64,000 nucleotides of DNA from Bugula neritina (lineage: Eukaryota > Animalia > Bryozoa). The stretch lies in the NCBI GenBank assembly GCA_964035545.1, contig OZ037765.1, positions 17,360,995 to 17,424,994 of the forward strand, given 5' to 3'. Below are positions 31,553 through 46,925 of the stretch, piece after piece (position 1 is the first letter of the stretch; every line of letters begins with the position of its first letter). Under the pieces are notes generated by a model that worked only from the letters and a program-made list of their open reading frames with translations, did no database searches and was not told the DNA's origin. Both the position numbers and the translations under genes were made by a program.

Positions 31553-34500
31553 TCAGGGTCCACTGTTGCCACCAATAAGTGTCTGCAAGTCATCCTCTTC
31601 AGACTCTTCTGTGGTTGATCTTTGACTGACTTCCTTGTACCACTTGTCGGTTAGTGTAGCCATCTGTCTCTGGCCTGTAATATTCGTGAAATAGTTGCAT
31701 GGTGGCTATGGAGACCTTTAACCAGCACTTTAATTAAATGTAATTACCTAAGTCCTACATGATCAAGTGATAGGAAACAGTGGATAATACCTAAACTTGC
31801 AAAACACATTAGCTGATTAATAAAATTACAAAAACCTAAGATTTAGAAATTGCAGACAAGGAACCCTGCTAAATTAGTTTTCTACAGAAAATTGCTTTAA
31901 TGCTTATTCAGTTAGTTGAAAAATGAAATATTTATTATAGATCAGGTTTGATATAAGTTTAAAAACCTTTAAACTGTTCAGACTCTTAAACTTGAAGCAC
32001 TGTAAATGTTAATCATGACACAGTCAGAATAACGTCACTTGATATTGTCACTAGGTGCATATAATAACCAAGTTGATGATGTTCAAATTATCAATGAAAC
32101 ACCCTCACAATTTGAGTTTCTCAACACGGAGTAATTGAAAGTATATAGAATTTAACATAAATATGCCAAAGCTGTGCCAGTGCGTTGACTAAATATAGCA
32201 GGAGTTACCTTCTCTAACTTCCTGTGCAGTAATGATTCTAGTCAGCCATGGTATCAGATATTTCTGATCTAAAGACATGAACTTGCTAACATGTGGCTTC
32301 ACAGCCCTAATCTCTTCTGCTTCAGTATGCTCAGAGGTAGTTTCTACTGTATCGCCCTGCATCACACAGAAATCGTCATAAAACCTGTTGATTTAATAAG
32401 TAAAAGCATAACATGTCATACAACCAACCATGTAGTTGAGTAATAACACCAGTTCCCAGTTGTACAAAGTTGTTGGACAATTTAAACCATCATGGTACTT
32501 ACCATTTCTTTAGTCTTACTCAGATTTAACTCTTTTTTCTTTTTCGTTCTAGTTTTCTTTCTGTTTAAAATCTACAAAAAATTATGCAACCAATACCATT
32601 TATCACAATTTACAACAGGAAATTATCAAATTTAGTATGTTTTAAAAGCTAACATGTTTTCTGATTTTTTTATATCTATATACGAAATATTTATATATCT
32701 GGCATTTCATAAATGTCAAGTAAAGTAATTTATTTAAACATATCCAAGTGAAAGAATTATGTTGAATGAGAAACTACTTTATAGGGGTTAGTGTCCTATA
32801 GCTGTTGAACAAAGAAGGTAAACTTACAGTCATCAGTGGCATAGTCCCTCCCCCTAGGAATAGTAGAGTGAATAGGACAATGATAAGGGTAGCAGTTACT
32901 AGGACCTGTCGCTTCTCTTTCTCCATGTCAATATGTAAGCTGAGAGCAAAGGCTATGGCACCTCTTAGACCTGGTTAAAATAGCAATGCTACACATTATT
33001 TGGAGAATCTTAAAGCTCAGACTCTTACAACACCCATTGTAGGAGTTCACACTCGGCTAATATCAACCTCTTATAACATATAACTGCAACTATATAAATG
33101 TCAAAAATATATACTATAATAAAAATAATCATCGATATAAAAGTCCTATAAGCTTATTAACCAAACTAATATATTCATTGAAGAAAAAATAAATATTCAA
33201 ACTTGCAACCATTGTTAACATCATATGCCTTAGCTATAAAAAACCAGGTTAAAATTATATATTTTCCAGTTTTTTGCACAACCACAAAACTTTAAATAGC
33301 AAACTTATTGCTTGTGAAATTAAAACTGCATCTATTTTTAACTTGAAATAAAAGTTGAAAGTTCTTTTTTTTATGAAATATTTTATGCGCTAAGCTAATC
33401 ATGATCAACAGAATAGATGAGATGAATACTCTTTACTGGCTACTGGTTAGATCTCAACTCATCACAAAATACATTAGAAACAGAGTGATGATGTAGCAAA
33501 TTGCTACAGCCACTACAATCAAATGCTTCATGACAGAAATGTTTAGCTTTATGATTTAGGTCTTATTATGAAATATCCGACAAAACTTAATTTATGTTCT
33601 TACGCCAATTTTCCAAATAAAACTTCACTACTACTTCCTAGTGTAACTTAATCACTAATTTCATCACTCTATGTAGGTATATCACACTTTAAATCAATAT
33701 TGTAGGCTTTATCACACTGTAAATAGCTGCTCTGACTGTCCACTGTAAATGGGCCCAAACACAACTTGTGCAGAATAAGAGTCTTTTGGACATATAATCT
33801 TTTAATAGCTCCACACTTACCACTAAACCACATTATAAATTGTTGCTTGGGAGTTATCTTATGAATGCGAAACTTGTTGGCCATGAAAGACAATGGAAAT
33901 ATATTTAAGGCTCTTCCTACCAAACACAATGCCTACAAGTATAACAATTTTAATAAAAATAATTTGTTATACTGAATACAGTGCTTCCTCCAGATCTCAT
34001 GGATTCAGTCCTTATGAAATTCCATTGGTCACGGGAAGGACTTGGACCCCATTTTCTGGCTTATGTATGTGTATATGAACAAAATGGCTAAATTTAACGG
34101 ATCTGTGAGTTAAATCTGGTATTCTATTATGTCACGAATTGAGGTTTCAAGACCGCAGCTTAGTGAGATACAGAGGAAGCAGTGACTGCATCAACTTGTT
34201 GAGGTTTATAATTGGTCAAATACCATACTTAAAAGAAAATGCAAAAACAATATTGTGTCCTTCCTTCTAACTACAACTTGTAACTTAATTACACTACTTA
34301 CTATTGCCCAGAGGACAAAAGACACTTTAACATGATGGTACATGCTAAAAATAGACATCCCGAGATACGCAAACACGCAAGTCTCTGCCATGAAGGCAAC
34401 AGTCCTGAAGGTTTGCTGTACTGTTATTTGTGTGATGGGAGAGAGGTTCCTGTGCGTGTAATGGGACATCACTATACCAGCAAACAGCACAGCCATGATA

Positions 34501-37500
34501 CCTGCAATGTTAACACAATATTTTCACCATATAGAAAATCAGATCATGCCAGCTGATGCCAGCTGCAGTACCACTATATTATCATACTAGTATATACACA
34601 CAATGGTAGCAAAGGGAACTAGCATGCTTACTCTATTAACATACCCATATTTAGCATTTAAATTCTCATCTTGAGAAATAAAGGTAGCTGATTGCTTAGG
34701 TTCTCAATCTAAAGCCCACATTTGCCTCACATAGTAAAGTTGCTTTTCTATTAAAACCAATCACTAAGTCTTGAATATGGCCGACTACCTAATTTAGCCA
34801 AGTGTGAGTTCTAAACGATATTACAATTAAAAATTAAAGCTCTATTCAAATTCATTATTGTAATGCATGGTATGTAGTTTATAAGTTATAATACAAAACA
34901 ATATATAGACATGATTATAGCCTGCTGTAGAGCGAGTAGATTAGGAAGGTATACTCACAGTGATACTATACTCATAGTAACAGTGATACTATACTCATAG
35001 TAACAGTGATACTATACTCATAGTAACAGTAATACTATACTCATAATAACAGTGATACTATACTACTCACTGTGCCAATAATCTCAGCAATATGATTATA
35101 GGTGAAAGGGTAATGCTAATAATCTTACACATTTGAAAAGGCACTTATACCTGACAATCCAACACCCTCTGCCAGCCCATAAGGTATATAAGAGAAGATT
35201 AGCATGAGTGCTATCTCAAGGGAGGGAGTCTTTCTGAGGTCAAACAGTTTGAATGTAACAGAGCTAAGAACAGCAGAAGCAATTCCTATAGCCGATGAGG
35301 CGGCAAACATCAAGCAGAAATGGCCAACTCCATGAAAAAATGCAACTGCTCCACTCACATCTGCCATCTCTGGCCGCCGCATAGCCAATATAGTGCTACA
35401 AACATCATACATCAGTATTGCGTAGGATTTTAAAGTCTCAAGCTTATGTTAGCTGTTAGAGTTAAATTTAGATTATGAGCCAACTATTTTCCTTTTCATC
35501 ATGTTGAAACATTTCAATTTTTATACATAAATAATATTTCTCATGACTTTGCCAACTATTTTTACAATTCTGTTCAAAAATAGCCAATGACTCAATAGAA
35601 AATGAGAAACTGGTAGCAACTGAAGGATCTAGATAATTTATCTGCCAACTAAATGGTGATTTTAATTTTACAGAAAGGCATATGACTTACTTAGTAAGAA
35701 CTATAGATACGGCATCATTGAGCACACTTTCTCCAAATACCAACATGTACAGTATAGCGTCTACATCTAAGGCTTGGAAAATGGCCAAAGTAGCTACTGG
35801 GTCTACAGCCGATATGAGTGAGCCAAAAGCAAAGCTCTCCAGTAAATCCAATGGATATGCTACTTTTGCCTAAATAAAACAACTTGAATATAAGCAATAG
35901 TAAAACAATGTTTGATGCTTCAACTACTACAACATAAATTTTTTAGTCTAAATATATTTTATTTTATATATAAAAATTTATCTTGGCAAAAATGTGCATA
36001 TTTCATTTGACATATCAACTAATAATACAGAATTGTGCTAAACTATGTATAATGTGTATATGTGTCAACATGGCATGAAGTAGGGTGAAACTCACAGGTG
36101 CTTTAATATTGTGAGCTCAGAGACTACAAATTGTATTATTAACTGAGGAAGATTTTAGCTGCACACCATCTAAATATTATTAATTAAAAAAACAATAATT
36201 GGTATCTTTTCATTGCTTTGCCTTTTTAAGCTAAATGGGGTAACACTGTAGAACTGTTGTACAATGAGTTCATTTAATTACTTTATTGTATCAATTAATA
36301 TAACAAAAACATATCTTGAACTACCATTGGCTTAAAGAATCAACTTGATATAAACTGTTATATTAAAAAAAATCTAAAAATACTACCATTTAGTTTAACA
36401 ATCATAGATGACAGCATCAACTATATTGCGGAGTTCTTACCACACCAAGAAGATATATTCCACCTCCAACAACACATGCAGAGATCAAAGTGCCAAAAAC
36501 CGCAAATATCAGAATAGTTCCAAAATTAGCAAAGAAATTTCCCTGTAGAAACAGCACATTGAATTTATAATAAGAAATTAAAAACAAATATGATACTACA
36601 ATATACATATTCATGCTTCCTTTTCAATTCTCGGGTAATAATCACACTATAAAAACTTTTTATTTTAAATTCATTACGAGGTAATAGAAGTGCTAACCTA
36701 CCTTGTGTAGATTATAACCAGATTCAAATATTATTGGAGGTAAAATGACCAAAAAGAAAATGGTGGGAGGAAAAGCTTCTTCTTCGTGTAAATCAACAAG
36801 ACCATGTGATGAGAGAATTTTAATCACTCCACCAATTATACCTCCTGCATAAAATGACAGCCTGTTATTACCTTTATAACACGAGCATCTCACCCATGAG
36901 CTTCAACATGCAAACTAGGGTTGTTTGTCTATCCTTGATGTGTATATTTGTGTTTTTATTACTTGCTGCTCAATCATCAAGTATAACCATTACTCATAAA
37001 TTTAGCTGGAAAAGTTGTTTGAAAACCATAACTCAAACTAAAAGTTAGTAACCAAGTTTAGTAAAAATAACATATGTGCATATAAATGTTTAAATACTAC
37101 AGGTTTTCAATAATTACTCATTGATAACTTTAATAACATGTAACTGTTTTCAGCCACTGCAAGTTTTATAAATCATATTTATTCACACGGAAAAAAGTGT
37201 GCAATGTGAGTAATTTTGTTAGAGAAAAAGACAGTTGAAATGACTAGTGCTGGTACTTACCAACAATTACTACAGCAACACTTTCGGGCAAATAGTGGAA
37301 CTTTGTAATGATGAGTAGATGTGTTGTGATGATGCAGAATGCTGTAAACATTATTATCAAACATTATTTATAATATCACAATTGACAATCTAAAAATTCT
37401 TGATGACAAGTTTATTGAAAAAAGTGGTAACAAACACCATGAACATGTTGGATTTTAAACCAACCTAATACTAGTAGTATAAAAAATATAGTGAAGCTGC

Positions 37501-37941
37501 TGTGTTTTTCCTCCATCTGGTGAGACTTGGATGTAGCTTCTGTTGCTGCCGAGGTGACAACTGTGACAGTCGTATTACTACAACAGAACTAAGCTAAGTT
37601 ATAATTGTACCATAAGCTTAGCCACTAAGATATAGTGAAATATCGAAGTCAACTCTACCAACAATATTTTATAAAATAATTTAATTCATTAAGTAAATAA
37701 TAATAATAATAATATACACTCACGGAGCTGTTGTACCATTAGTGTCTTCTTTTACTAATTTCTCAGCATCTTTAAAAATAGTAGAATGCTTGTTTGGGGT
37801 TGAAGTCAATTCATTTTTTTCTTGTAAATTATCTACATACTTTTCTAAAGAGTCAGAATCAGCAGAAACTACATGGATTGCACAAACTTGGACCAGAAGT
37901 AGTACCAGCAAGACAGTTTTTTCCAGTTGAAAAGCTGCCAT
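31553..37941 (-). CDS. SLC9A8: Sodium/hydrogen exchanger 8 (multi-exon)
   Basis: Signal peptide exon, then [118 protein letters not shown], and the NHE8-type tail [13 protein letters not shown]. Confidence 0.95.
34951..35069. repeat. Intronic minisatellite, 23-bp unit, about 4-5 copies
   Basis: Tandem ATACTCATAGTAACAGTGATACT. Confidence 0.88.
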
Positions 37942-40900
37942 TTTGTCTTGTACTAAAATATATAATTACATAAATTTGTTGAAGCCAACTCCATTGATTA
38001 AGCTGGGGAAAACCAAGCATATCGCGTTACATGATCACATATATAAATATTTTAATACTGAAAACAATGAGTAAATAACTATACTTAACTACTTAATCCT
38101 TAAATACTATTAAAACAGCAATAGAAAAGCAATAAGTGCGCTCAAAATTCAATAACGTTGTTAATGCTTATTTTATTGATTGTCTAGGAGGCAGGAGCTA
38201 GGTTAAATTCAGCTTATAACTAGAGTAAAAACCATTAAGCGTTAATTATAGCGATAGTCTAAAATCTAAATCATGTGGATACTCATTGGTTAGCTAATAA
38301 TTTTTACTTCACAGGCCATAGTAGCAGAAATGTCAATACCAACCAAAATGAGTAGAGTCACACTGAATCAGTTAAAAATCAACACCATTCAACCAACTAC
38401 CAATACTACCAATACTACATTATTGAAAACAGATTCAAGAATTTTTACTTCAACCAACAACTAACAATTTTTACTTCAAGCTAACCTAAACCTGACAGTT
38501 GGAGTGCCAACACCAATTTCAATACGATTGAAAACTCTTTAGACCTAAAGATTAACTATCACTAATGTTTGATACTAATTTGAAGTTGTGCCTAACAAGA
38601 CCAAACTGTTATTCGAACTACCAGAAGGCTAACTAGCAAATAATTTTGAGAAGAGAAAATACTTAGCCATTCAGCTTGTTGAGATAAACAGTACATAAGG
38701 CTATAGCCAAAAGTACTATGCATTTATACATCATATGAAAGAAATATTAAACCAGACAGTCCCACAAGGTTATAAGAGAGCCTATTTTCCATTAAAAGAC
38801 AAAAAATGCCAAAATATTTTTTGCCAACATGCAAACATCCAATAGACCTTCATACACCTGCCTGGTGCACATTTTTTGGAAAAACAATGATATAATTGAT
38901 CATTTTTCTCTAGTGAAAAAACCAGCCTTCAGAAAGGTTGTTAAACAGTAGATCAGATAATAAACCCATGAAACATACGAGATATTGAAGGGAGGTTTTT
39001 AGTGCCAAGTCACGAAGCTTTGAATATGAACTGTTGAAAGTACAACCAAATAGAAGCATGATCTATATGATACTGCAGCTACTACTAAGTTGCTGCCTCA
39101 TAACGTAAACAAACATGGCCAAAATTGATTACGAGTTAACACTCCATGGTATTTTCACTTCAATTACTCTACCTTAAGTATTGTTAAATTTATTTTATTG
39201 ACATAAAAGCTATAGCGATAGAAAATATTATTATATGTAAAACTACAACTAGTGCTACTAGGCCTTATGCTTTTTAGTTTGCTTTGTAGCCTATGTATTT
39301 GAATAGAGCTTCAGCTTGGTTATAAATAATATAATAGTGATAGTAATAAGAAATGTGAGGATGAACCATTAAATTCAATGTAATTGCAAACAATCATTAT
39401 GATGATGATGCATTATTAATATTATTCAGCATTTATAATAGCCATTTAATTTCAATATTCACACTATGTTTTCCTTCTTTCATAAATATAAATAGCAACT
39501 AATAAATAGCAATTGTAATACAATAAATAAATAAATTCATAATCAATAATATCAAATAATATCAATAAGTTAAATCCCCATTATGACTATTATTCTTATA
39601 ACAGTATTAGTAATACTAATACTAATAGTGTTTTTATACACATACGGTATACACATAATTATTGATGTTTATATTAAATTTGGTACAAATATTAATAATT
39701 GCATATAATTCTTATAAAAATAATTAATGGTAATTACTAATGCTGATCATGATGTTCTCAAAGTTAAAACTCATTTTTTAATAATTCATCAACTGCCAAT
39801 GAAGTGAATGATGAAATTGAATAACACACGGACAAAACTTCACAAAAATATTGCTAAATAATATTCATATTCATATCAACTTATAACATCAACAATAATT
39901 TATAAATAATATAATATAAATATATTAATTATAAATCTTTTTATATAAAATTAAATATGATGATAAATCTAAAGTGATAAGGATGAAAATTGATAACATA
40001 AAATTAAACATAAGTCTAAGATATTGAGAATTATTATAATTGGTAATAGTATTACTATTACTATTAGTATACTTACACTGTGAAAAGTCTGTGCTAGTTA
40101 GTAGTAGTAGTAGTAGTACTCTACTAGTAGTAGTACTAGTAGTAGTTAGCCTAGGGCTAGTGACACTGACAGTGTTGAGTGTTGCTGTTGTAATCACTAT
40201 CAGTAATGATGAGTTGCAATGTCAATATGAACATCAACATGTATATTCAAAAAGGACTCCTTAGGCTTACATTGAACTGAAGGCATTATGACCTGGTTCT
40301 CATCACCGTGCCTGACAGTGTGACTATGAGAATGAGCACCACTCTCACTATCAGTATCAGTATGACTTGGTAAATGTAATTCAATTTGAATTTGTCTTTT
40401 AGTTTGCCCAAGACTAACTACAAGAGCATGAAACGATCAACAGTAATGAAGTAGATCGTAGAGTTAGGCAATAATATAAAATTTAATTATATATTAATGA
40501 AATTGAATGGTGGAGAGAGAGCCTAGTATAAATGCAGCAGCTGGTTCCTTCTGACTCAGACTTGGGCTTTCGGTTTAAGTGAGAAGCAAGGCATCTTCGT
40601 CAATGGCCCACACAAAAACTATAATTTTGGAGATGATTTAATTTGCGTTGAGCAACTGTTTTATAGAGGAGACAACTGAAGTTTTACTAAAATATGAGGG
40701 AGATAACTCCTGTCGTTAGTTGAAGATAATAATATTATGCTGTCAATACTGTCCAATAACAAAAGCTCATTATAACCACTAAATATTTTTGTTCATAGAA
40801 ATACTATTGTAGTGCAAGTTGTTTTGCCCATTGACTTTTTAAATCTGATTAATTGAAAATATCTGATAGTTATATGACATGATCAATGCGCAATCTTTTC

Positions 40901-41989
40901 AATCTACCTAAAACAATTGCTTTAAAAAAATGCCTTTTCAATCAGGTTCCATTTCAAACTCTGTTGCAGTGCTTTACTTTTAGATAGCCATGCAGATTTG
41001 CTGTGGAACATTTCTCATAGCTGCACCAAAAGCCATACAAAGCACATTCCAGAGTCTGGGCGAGATTGTAATATTGCTGGAATGCATCTATTGAGTAGTG
41101 GCAAACTGTTGATCAACACTCATGCTTATGTTGGCTGCCTTTTTGCACAAGTGCAAGCAAGAAATGTTTATACTTTAGCAATTGGTGCAAGCATACTAAA
41201 ATATTATCCATGTAAAACCATAAACATGCTACCATGAGCCTTTTAGAGTGAATGAAATACCTAAATATTGAATCTTTGATATTTGGGTATTTCATTAAAG
41301 TAATGATAGTTTAGCAAACATATGTAAGCTCAACATTTCAGAGGGGAAAATTGTGGTAATGTTTCAAGTTTGAAATTCAAATTTTTGAGAAAATAATTGA
41401 GCAATTATGATTGGAAGGTTGTTAAAATATTTATGCCTTGCTACATTGATTTTATTTTCAGTGATCCATTTTTGCTGGCTGGGGGCTTTTAGTGAGTTAA
41501 CTCGAAGGAGAAACCAATGATGGCTGTAACAGTGAGTCAATTCATCAAAATTTCTATTTCAACATAATATTTCCGCTGATATATTTTCAAAAACTGTGTC
41601 AATACCGAAAATACGCCTAAAGCTGGAGGTCAATTTTGTCAACCTATAACTGTTGATTGAAGTTCAGAGCTTCAGGTTAGAGGTTAGGGTCAGTAGAAGG
41701 AATAGACAACAAGAAACAATTGTAAGACGCGCCCACTGTAAACTCACGCTCCAGCTAGTTTATTCTTTATAGTCGCTAGCTTGGATTATAATTATTACTT
41801 ATACTAGTTATAGTTACACTAAAAGTAAATAGCCCAGTTGCTGACAGGAAAACTTGAAATAAATTAGACATAATATTTATATGGCGTTGCCATATTAAAT
41901 TGGATACTACACAGTTGCACTCGTAGTGAGAGTCTCATTGTTTTATGGAATTTTTATTGTAGAATAATTAGTAATTACTTATGTTATTT

Positions 41990-42540
41990 AGTATTACTAT
42001 TTACTTACTCTTAGTTATAGTTATTACTATAACATTAACTATTACTATTAGTATTAACTATTTACTTATAGTTATTAGTAATTATAAATTACTATTACTA
42101 TTAGTAATAGTAATAGTATTACTATTAGTATAAGTATTAGTATTACTATTAGTATTACTATTACTGTATTACTAATACAGTAATAGTAATACTAATAGTA
42201 ATACTAATACTTATACTAATAGTAATACTAATACTATTAGTATAACTATAAGTATTAGTATAACTATTACTATTAGTATTATTATAACTATTACTATTAG
42301 TATTATATATTAAATAATTAATACACTATAGTATTTGTTTTTTATAGTATTATTATTACTATTAGTATTAGTGTAACTATAAGTATTACTCATTAGACAT
42401 TACTGTATTAGTATTACTATTAGTATTACTAATACTAATAGTAATACTATAATAATAATTATTAGTTTTAGTATTACTATTAGTATTACTATTAGTATGA
42501 TTATTACTATTACTATAAGTATAAGTATAACTGTTGGTAT
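41990..42540. repeat. Low-complexity TATTAG/TATTAC tract containing a perfect 117-bp palindrome (42114-42230)
   Basis: 58-bp arms that are exact reverse complements around a single C at 42172. Confidence 0.88.
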
Positions 42541-43293
42541 AACTAAAACTTATGCTATAACTTTAACTATTTAAGTAACTATAGTGAGACTGAGAGTAAA
42601 AGTATTACAGTCTGTAGCTATTTAAGTAAGTGAATGGAAGTAAGTGAATAGTTTAACTCTATACCTATAGGCATGGTGATAGTCTGTAAGACTAAGTATT
42701 ATAATTTTACTTTTATAATTTGCAGTTTTAGTTATTTATGATTAAATTCAATGTCAATTACTATTAGTATTGGTATTACCTACAAGTACATTTACTGATT
42801 CTCATTCTGATTCTGAAACTCTAACTTTTAAGTTAAACTATTAAACTGACTAACTGTAGCAATAAATTTTAGTAATCTAATTATAATATAATAATTATAA
42901 TAGTAATAGACACCCTCATATTGATATTGATATTCATAGGCCTAGGGCATAGAGTTAGATTTAGAGTTTACACTCACAGGCAGTGAAGGTTGGTGTTGCT
43001 TAATCATTTAAAAAACATTTAATTTTATCTCATTAACCAACTATAAATTAAAATATAACTATTATTATCATACTCATAGTAATAAGTTATGCTTCATATT
43101 CTACTACTCGATAAATGATATTCAATTTAAAGTAAATATTGGATCATATTCTTTGAATACTTATATTTCACACATTAAGTAAATTCCCAAAGCAATATAA
43201 ATATAAATCCAACTATAAACACAGTATCAAATTCTATCATCTGAACTTGTTTTCTAAAGTAAGGTTATCGTAATCTTGCTTTCAGTGTTAGCC

Positions 43294-43602
43294 ATGGCGT
43301 CCAAAGTAATGTCTAAAGTGTTGACTCCTCCAAGAGCCAAGTCTTTGCTTTCCAGTTCGACTGTGCTTACCAAACCATCTCTTCCCAAAAATCTCAATGC
43401 ATTTATGACTATTGAAAGAACCGCTGTTACTTCTGCTGATGGAAAGATTCTTTCCGAACCATTTAAAGTTAGACTTGGACTGCTAAAGATTTTTGTAGTA
43501 GCTATACCTGGCATACTGCTTGGGGCTACAATTGCAAAAAATGGTGCGGCATGGCTAGAGGAAAATGAAATATTTATTCCTGATGATGACGACGATGACT
43601 AA
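43294..43602 (+). CDS. SMDT1: Essential MCU regulator EMRE, 102 aa
   Basis: Basic mitochondrial presequence, then RTAVTSADGKILSEP, transmembrane GLLKIFVVAIPGILLGATIAKNGAAWLEENEIFIP and an acidic DDDDDD tail. Splice acceptor at 43285 just before the ATG. Confidence 0.95.
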   Translation: MASKVMSKVLTPPRAKSLLSSSTVLTKPSLPKNLNAFMTIERTAVTSADGKILSEPFKVRLGLLKIFVVAIPGILLGATIAKNGAAWLEENEIFIPDDDDDD

Positions 43603-44762
43603 ATTTAAAACAAGTGTAAGTGCACTTAATGCTTTCAATTTTAATGCTCAATTTTAGTCTTTCTCATGGTTATTGATATTCAGTGCTATAAGTAATAACT
43701 AATAAGTATATGACTGCCTGTAGTGATGGTTGGCAGCCATGTTGTGATGTGCAATTGTAGGTGCTAAAATTAAGTATATAGCTTAAAAAATACCATACTA
43801 CAGTTTATCATGAAACATGAATAGTGGTTTTCATCAACTAGTGCTAGCTAGTAGTTATAATAGTCATAATATTAATTGCATAATGTAATAGTAATAGTAG
43901 TGGCAGCTATTATACTGTATTTTGAGATTCAAGCTTTTCAATATTCAATACATTTGTGATTCAATCATGCTCAAGGGCTGGGACAACTGAGCTCACAAAG
44001 TTAGAAGTGAGTTTTGTGCATTTGTGCAAACAATTGTCCATTTTGCTCTCTGTTATCTTAATTTCAAGCATTCAGTCAGCAATCTTTAATATTATAGCCT
44101 ATGTTTAAATTGGCGATACATGTAAATGAGCAACTTTTTGTTATTTACTTTGCGTTCAAAGCTTTTGTAATTCTTGATTATCAACTACAGCTATTAACTT
44201 TTTATGTCTAGCCATTGTTTTAATATTAAACTGTAAATTTCTTATGCTAAAATAGTTCATAGAGCTCAAATTTTGTATTAAACGGTCTTTGCAGATAGCT
44301 GAATCTTACTGCTGTTTTATTTCATAGCTGAAATTTTATGTCAATTTCAACTCCTCTAGCTCTGATATATAAATTATGCAAGAGTTCTGATGTACCAGGT
44401 TTTAATAAGTTAAAATTGGGTATCAGGTGTATAATTTTAGTATATTAGACCACCTATTATCCTTACTCTTGTTGACGTTATTTTGAATATGTTTAGATTA
44501 TATTTGGAATGCCGAGGTATAAAAGGGCTTAAAATTAAGATTTCTCAAGTATTATTATATTGTTTACATTTTGCAATTTAAATTATTTATAATTTATGTT
44601 TATAATCATTGAAATTGATATAAATCATTTGGAGTTTTCTACTCTCCTAAAATCTGTTGTGAAGATTTGTGCAGTTTCAAACATAGTTGACCCTAAAACT
44701 GTTTTTGATTAGCTAATAATAAATCTTGCAAGATTTTAGCTTTAAAGTACTTTAAAATATTA

Positions 44763-46925
44763 GGGCGCTTTCGGATTCCCTACGCGTAGGGGTAACTGTA
44801 GGCCCTACGCGATGCCCATTCGGCAACCATCACGTGTAGGGCGCAATTATTCGAGCAATTACAGTAATTTTCCTCTGACATTGCGTCATTTTTGTAAACG
44901 AGTGTAAGCGATAGAATAGGTAGTTACCCCTACGCGTACCCGGGGTACTCGTGGTTACCGAACACGAGTACCCTTGCATTGATCTGAGTATTAGCCTTAG
45001 TAACCAATAGCCCACACTATGATTTTAAAGCTACATTAGCGAAACCATTCGCAGAAAGAATGTTTGTATAACTACCGCTCAACTGCTGTTTTCTCCAATG
45101 TACTTTTCTTTTATTATACTAGCAGCTAAACTTTGGTATATGATCTAGTTCGCAAGCTGAATAATATTAATTACTACTTGAAGTTATCGTTACTTTAAAC
45201 CAACAGAACAAAATATTTATTTCATCATTCATTCAATGTTTCAATTACATTGTTTATATTTTTCTACAACCTGAAATTATTATATGATATTTTAGCCTGG
45301 TTAGTAGCTGTATGCCTTGCTACCGTGTACATACTCTGATACAAGGAGAAGACAATTTTACATTTAAGTGTTGCAACTCGCCAAAATTCAAATAAAATGC
45401 TTTTCTCATTTATGCATGTGAAGCCTAGAATGCTACTAACCCAATAGAAATAAGTCATTCTATAACTTGATAATAACAATAAAAATACAATGGTGACAAC
45501 AGCGTGTTGTAACTACACAATTGAAGTTATATGGCAATATATGAGATGCTTGGATTAGCCTAAATAACACTAATGGCCTAAATTAGAGAAAAATAGCTAG
45601 TAGGCCTATATACATAGTACTAGAGCAGTGAGTGAAGATTTATAACTTAAAGAAGAAATAGTACATTACAAAATCCACAAGGCATTATCAAAATACCTGA
45701 ATGATTATAACGATGGTAAACAACATTGTATATGTTCTATTATAGCAACACAATATGAATAGAACAGAAATGTAATTTTACAGCAAAAATTATATTGAAT
45801 GACTAAAAAACATTGATAAAGAAATTTTGGCAAATCTGCAGAATGTCAGGACAGCCACATTTACTAGCACTCCTCAGTAGCACCTGTCAAGTCATTGGCA
45901 AATCTGCTTCTCCATCCCATCGACTCAGACTAAAAGGAAAACAAGAAGTTATACACTAAAACCAAAAAGTAAAATACAGTAATTTAGAATATCAATCATA
46001 CAATTGCAGGATTAAAACTATCAACTATTATAATATTTGCGTTTAATAAAACTTTAATATTTCATGAAATCCAATGCTATCAAATTCAATAATATTATTT
46101 ATATTAATATTATATTCATGAACATAACTATTTATAATTGTTAAGTATAATTAAATTTCATAGTAATACTGATATAATTTAGTGATAGGTGACAATCATA
46201 ATGATAATCAATAAGTATAACGATAATGATGATAATAATAATTATAATTATTATTATAATGCAAATAATCATAATGTTAAACTTAATCATAATGATAATG
46301 TTATGTTTATTACAAATACAATAACAATAACAATTACTATTACTATTAGTATTAGTATAACTATAAGTATAAGTATTACTATTAGTATTAGTATTACATT
46401 TACTATTACTAGTATTACTATTAGTATTACTATTAGTATTAGTATTAGTATTAGTATTACTATTAGTATTAGTATTACTATTAGTATTAGTATTACTTCT
46501 TTTATAATTATTCTAAATATGAAATAAAAATTTAAAGTGATGTCTTACAATTATACTTTCAATTAGACTATGCATCATTTCAAGACCAATATTGAACAAT
46601 TTTTGAAGTTACCTGATAAAGCTTGGAGTTCAAGTAACAAACTCGCAGGCCACAGCAATAATAATACTATTAAAATTAGTAGTTCCCGCCCAGCGCGTGC
46701 TATGAAAATAAATGTCGATACTTGTGCAGTCAGTAAGGTCGAAGGTCATATTAAATACTTGTTGCCCTACTCGATGAGTGCTACGTGCACCCCTATGCGA
46801 TGCATTCGGTAGCCAACGCGTACCCCATCAAAAAAGAAGCTCATCGAGGGGTACTCGACGGAGAGAAAGTGAGCAAATTCATCGATGAGCCCAGTAGGCT
46901 ACGCGTAGGGAATCCGAAAGCGCCC
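44763..46925. mobile_element. Non-autonomous PIF/Harbinger DNA transposon (2163 bp)
   Basis: Perfect 27-bp TIR GGGCGCTTTCGGATTCCCTACGCGTAG and 3-bp TSD TTA (44760-44762 and 46926-46928). No transposase ORF. Confidence 0.92.

Noticed and set aside
38480-39050. Possible decayed retroelement fragment upstream of SLC9A8
   Set aside because: Composition looks coding-like, but no reading frame gives a motif I can identify with confidence.
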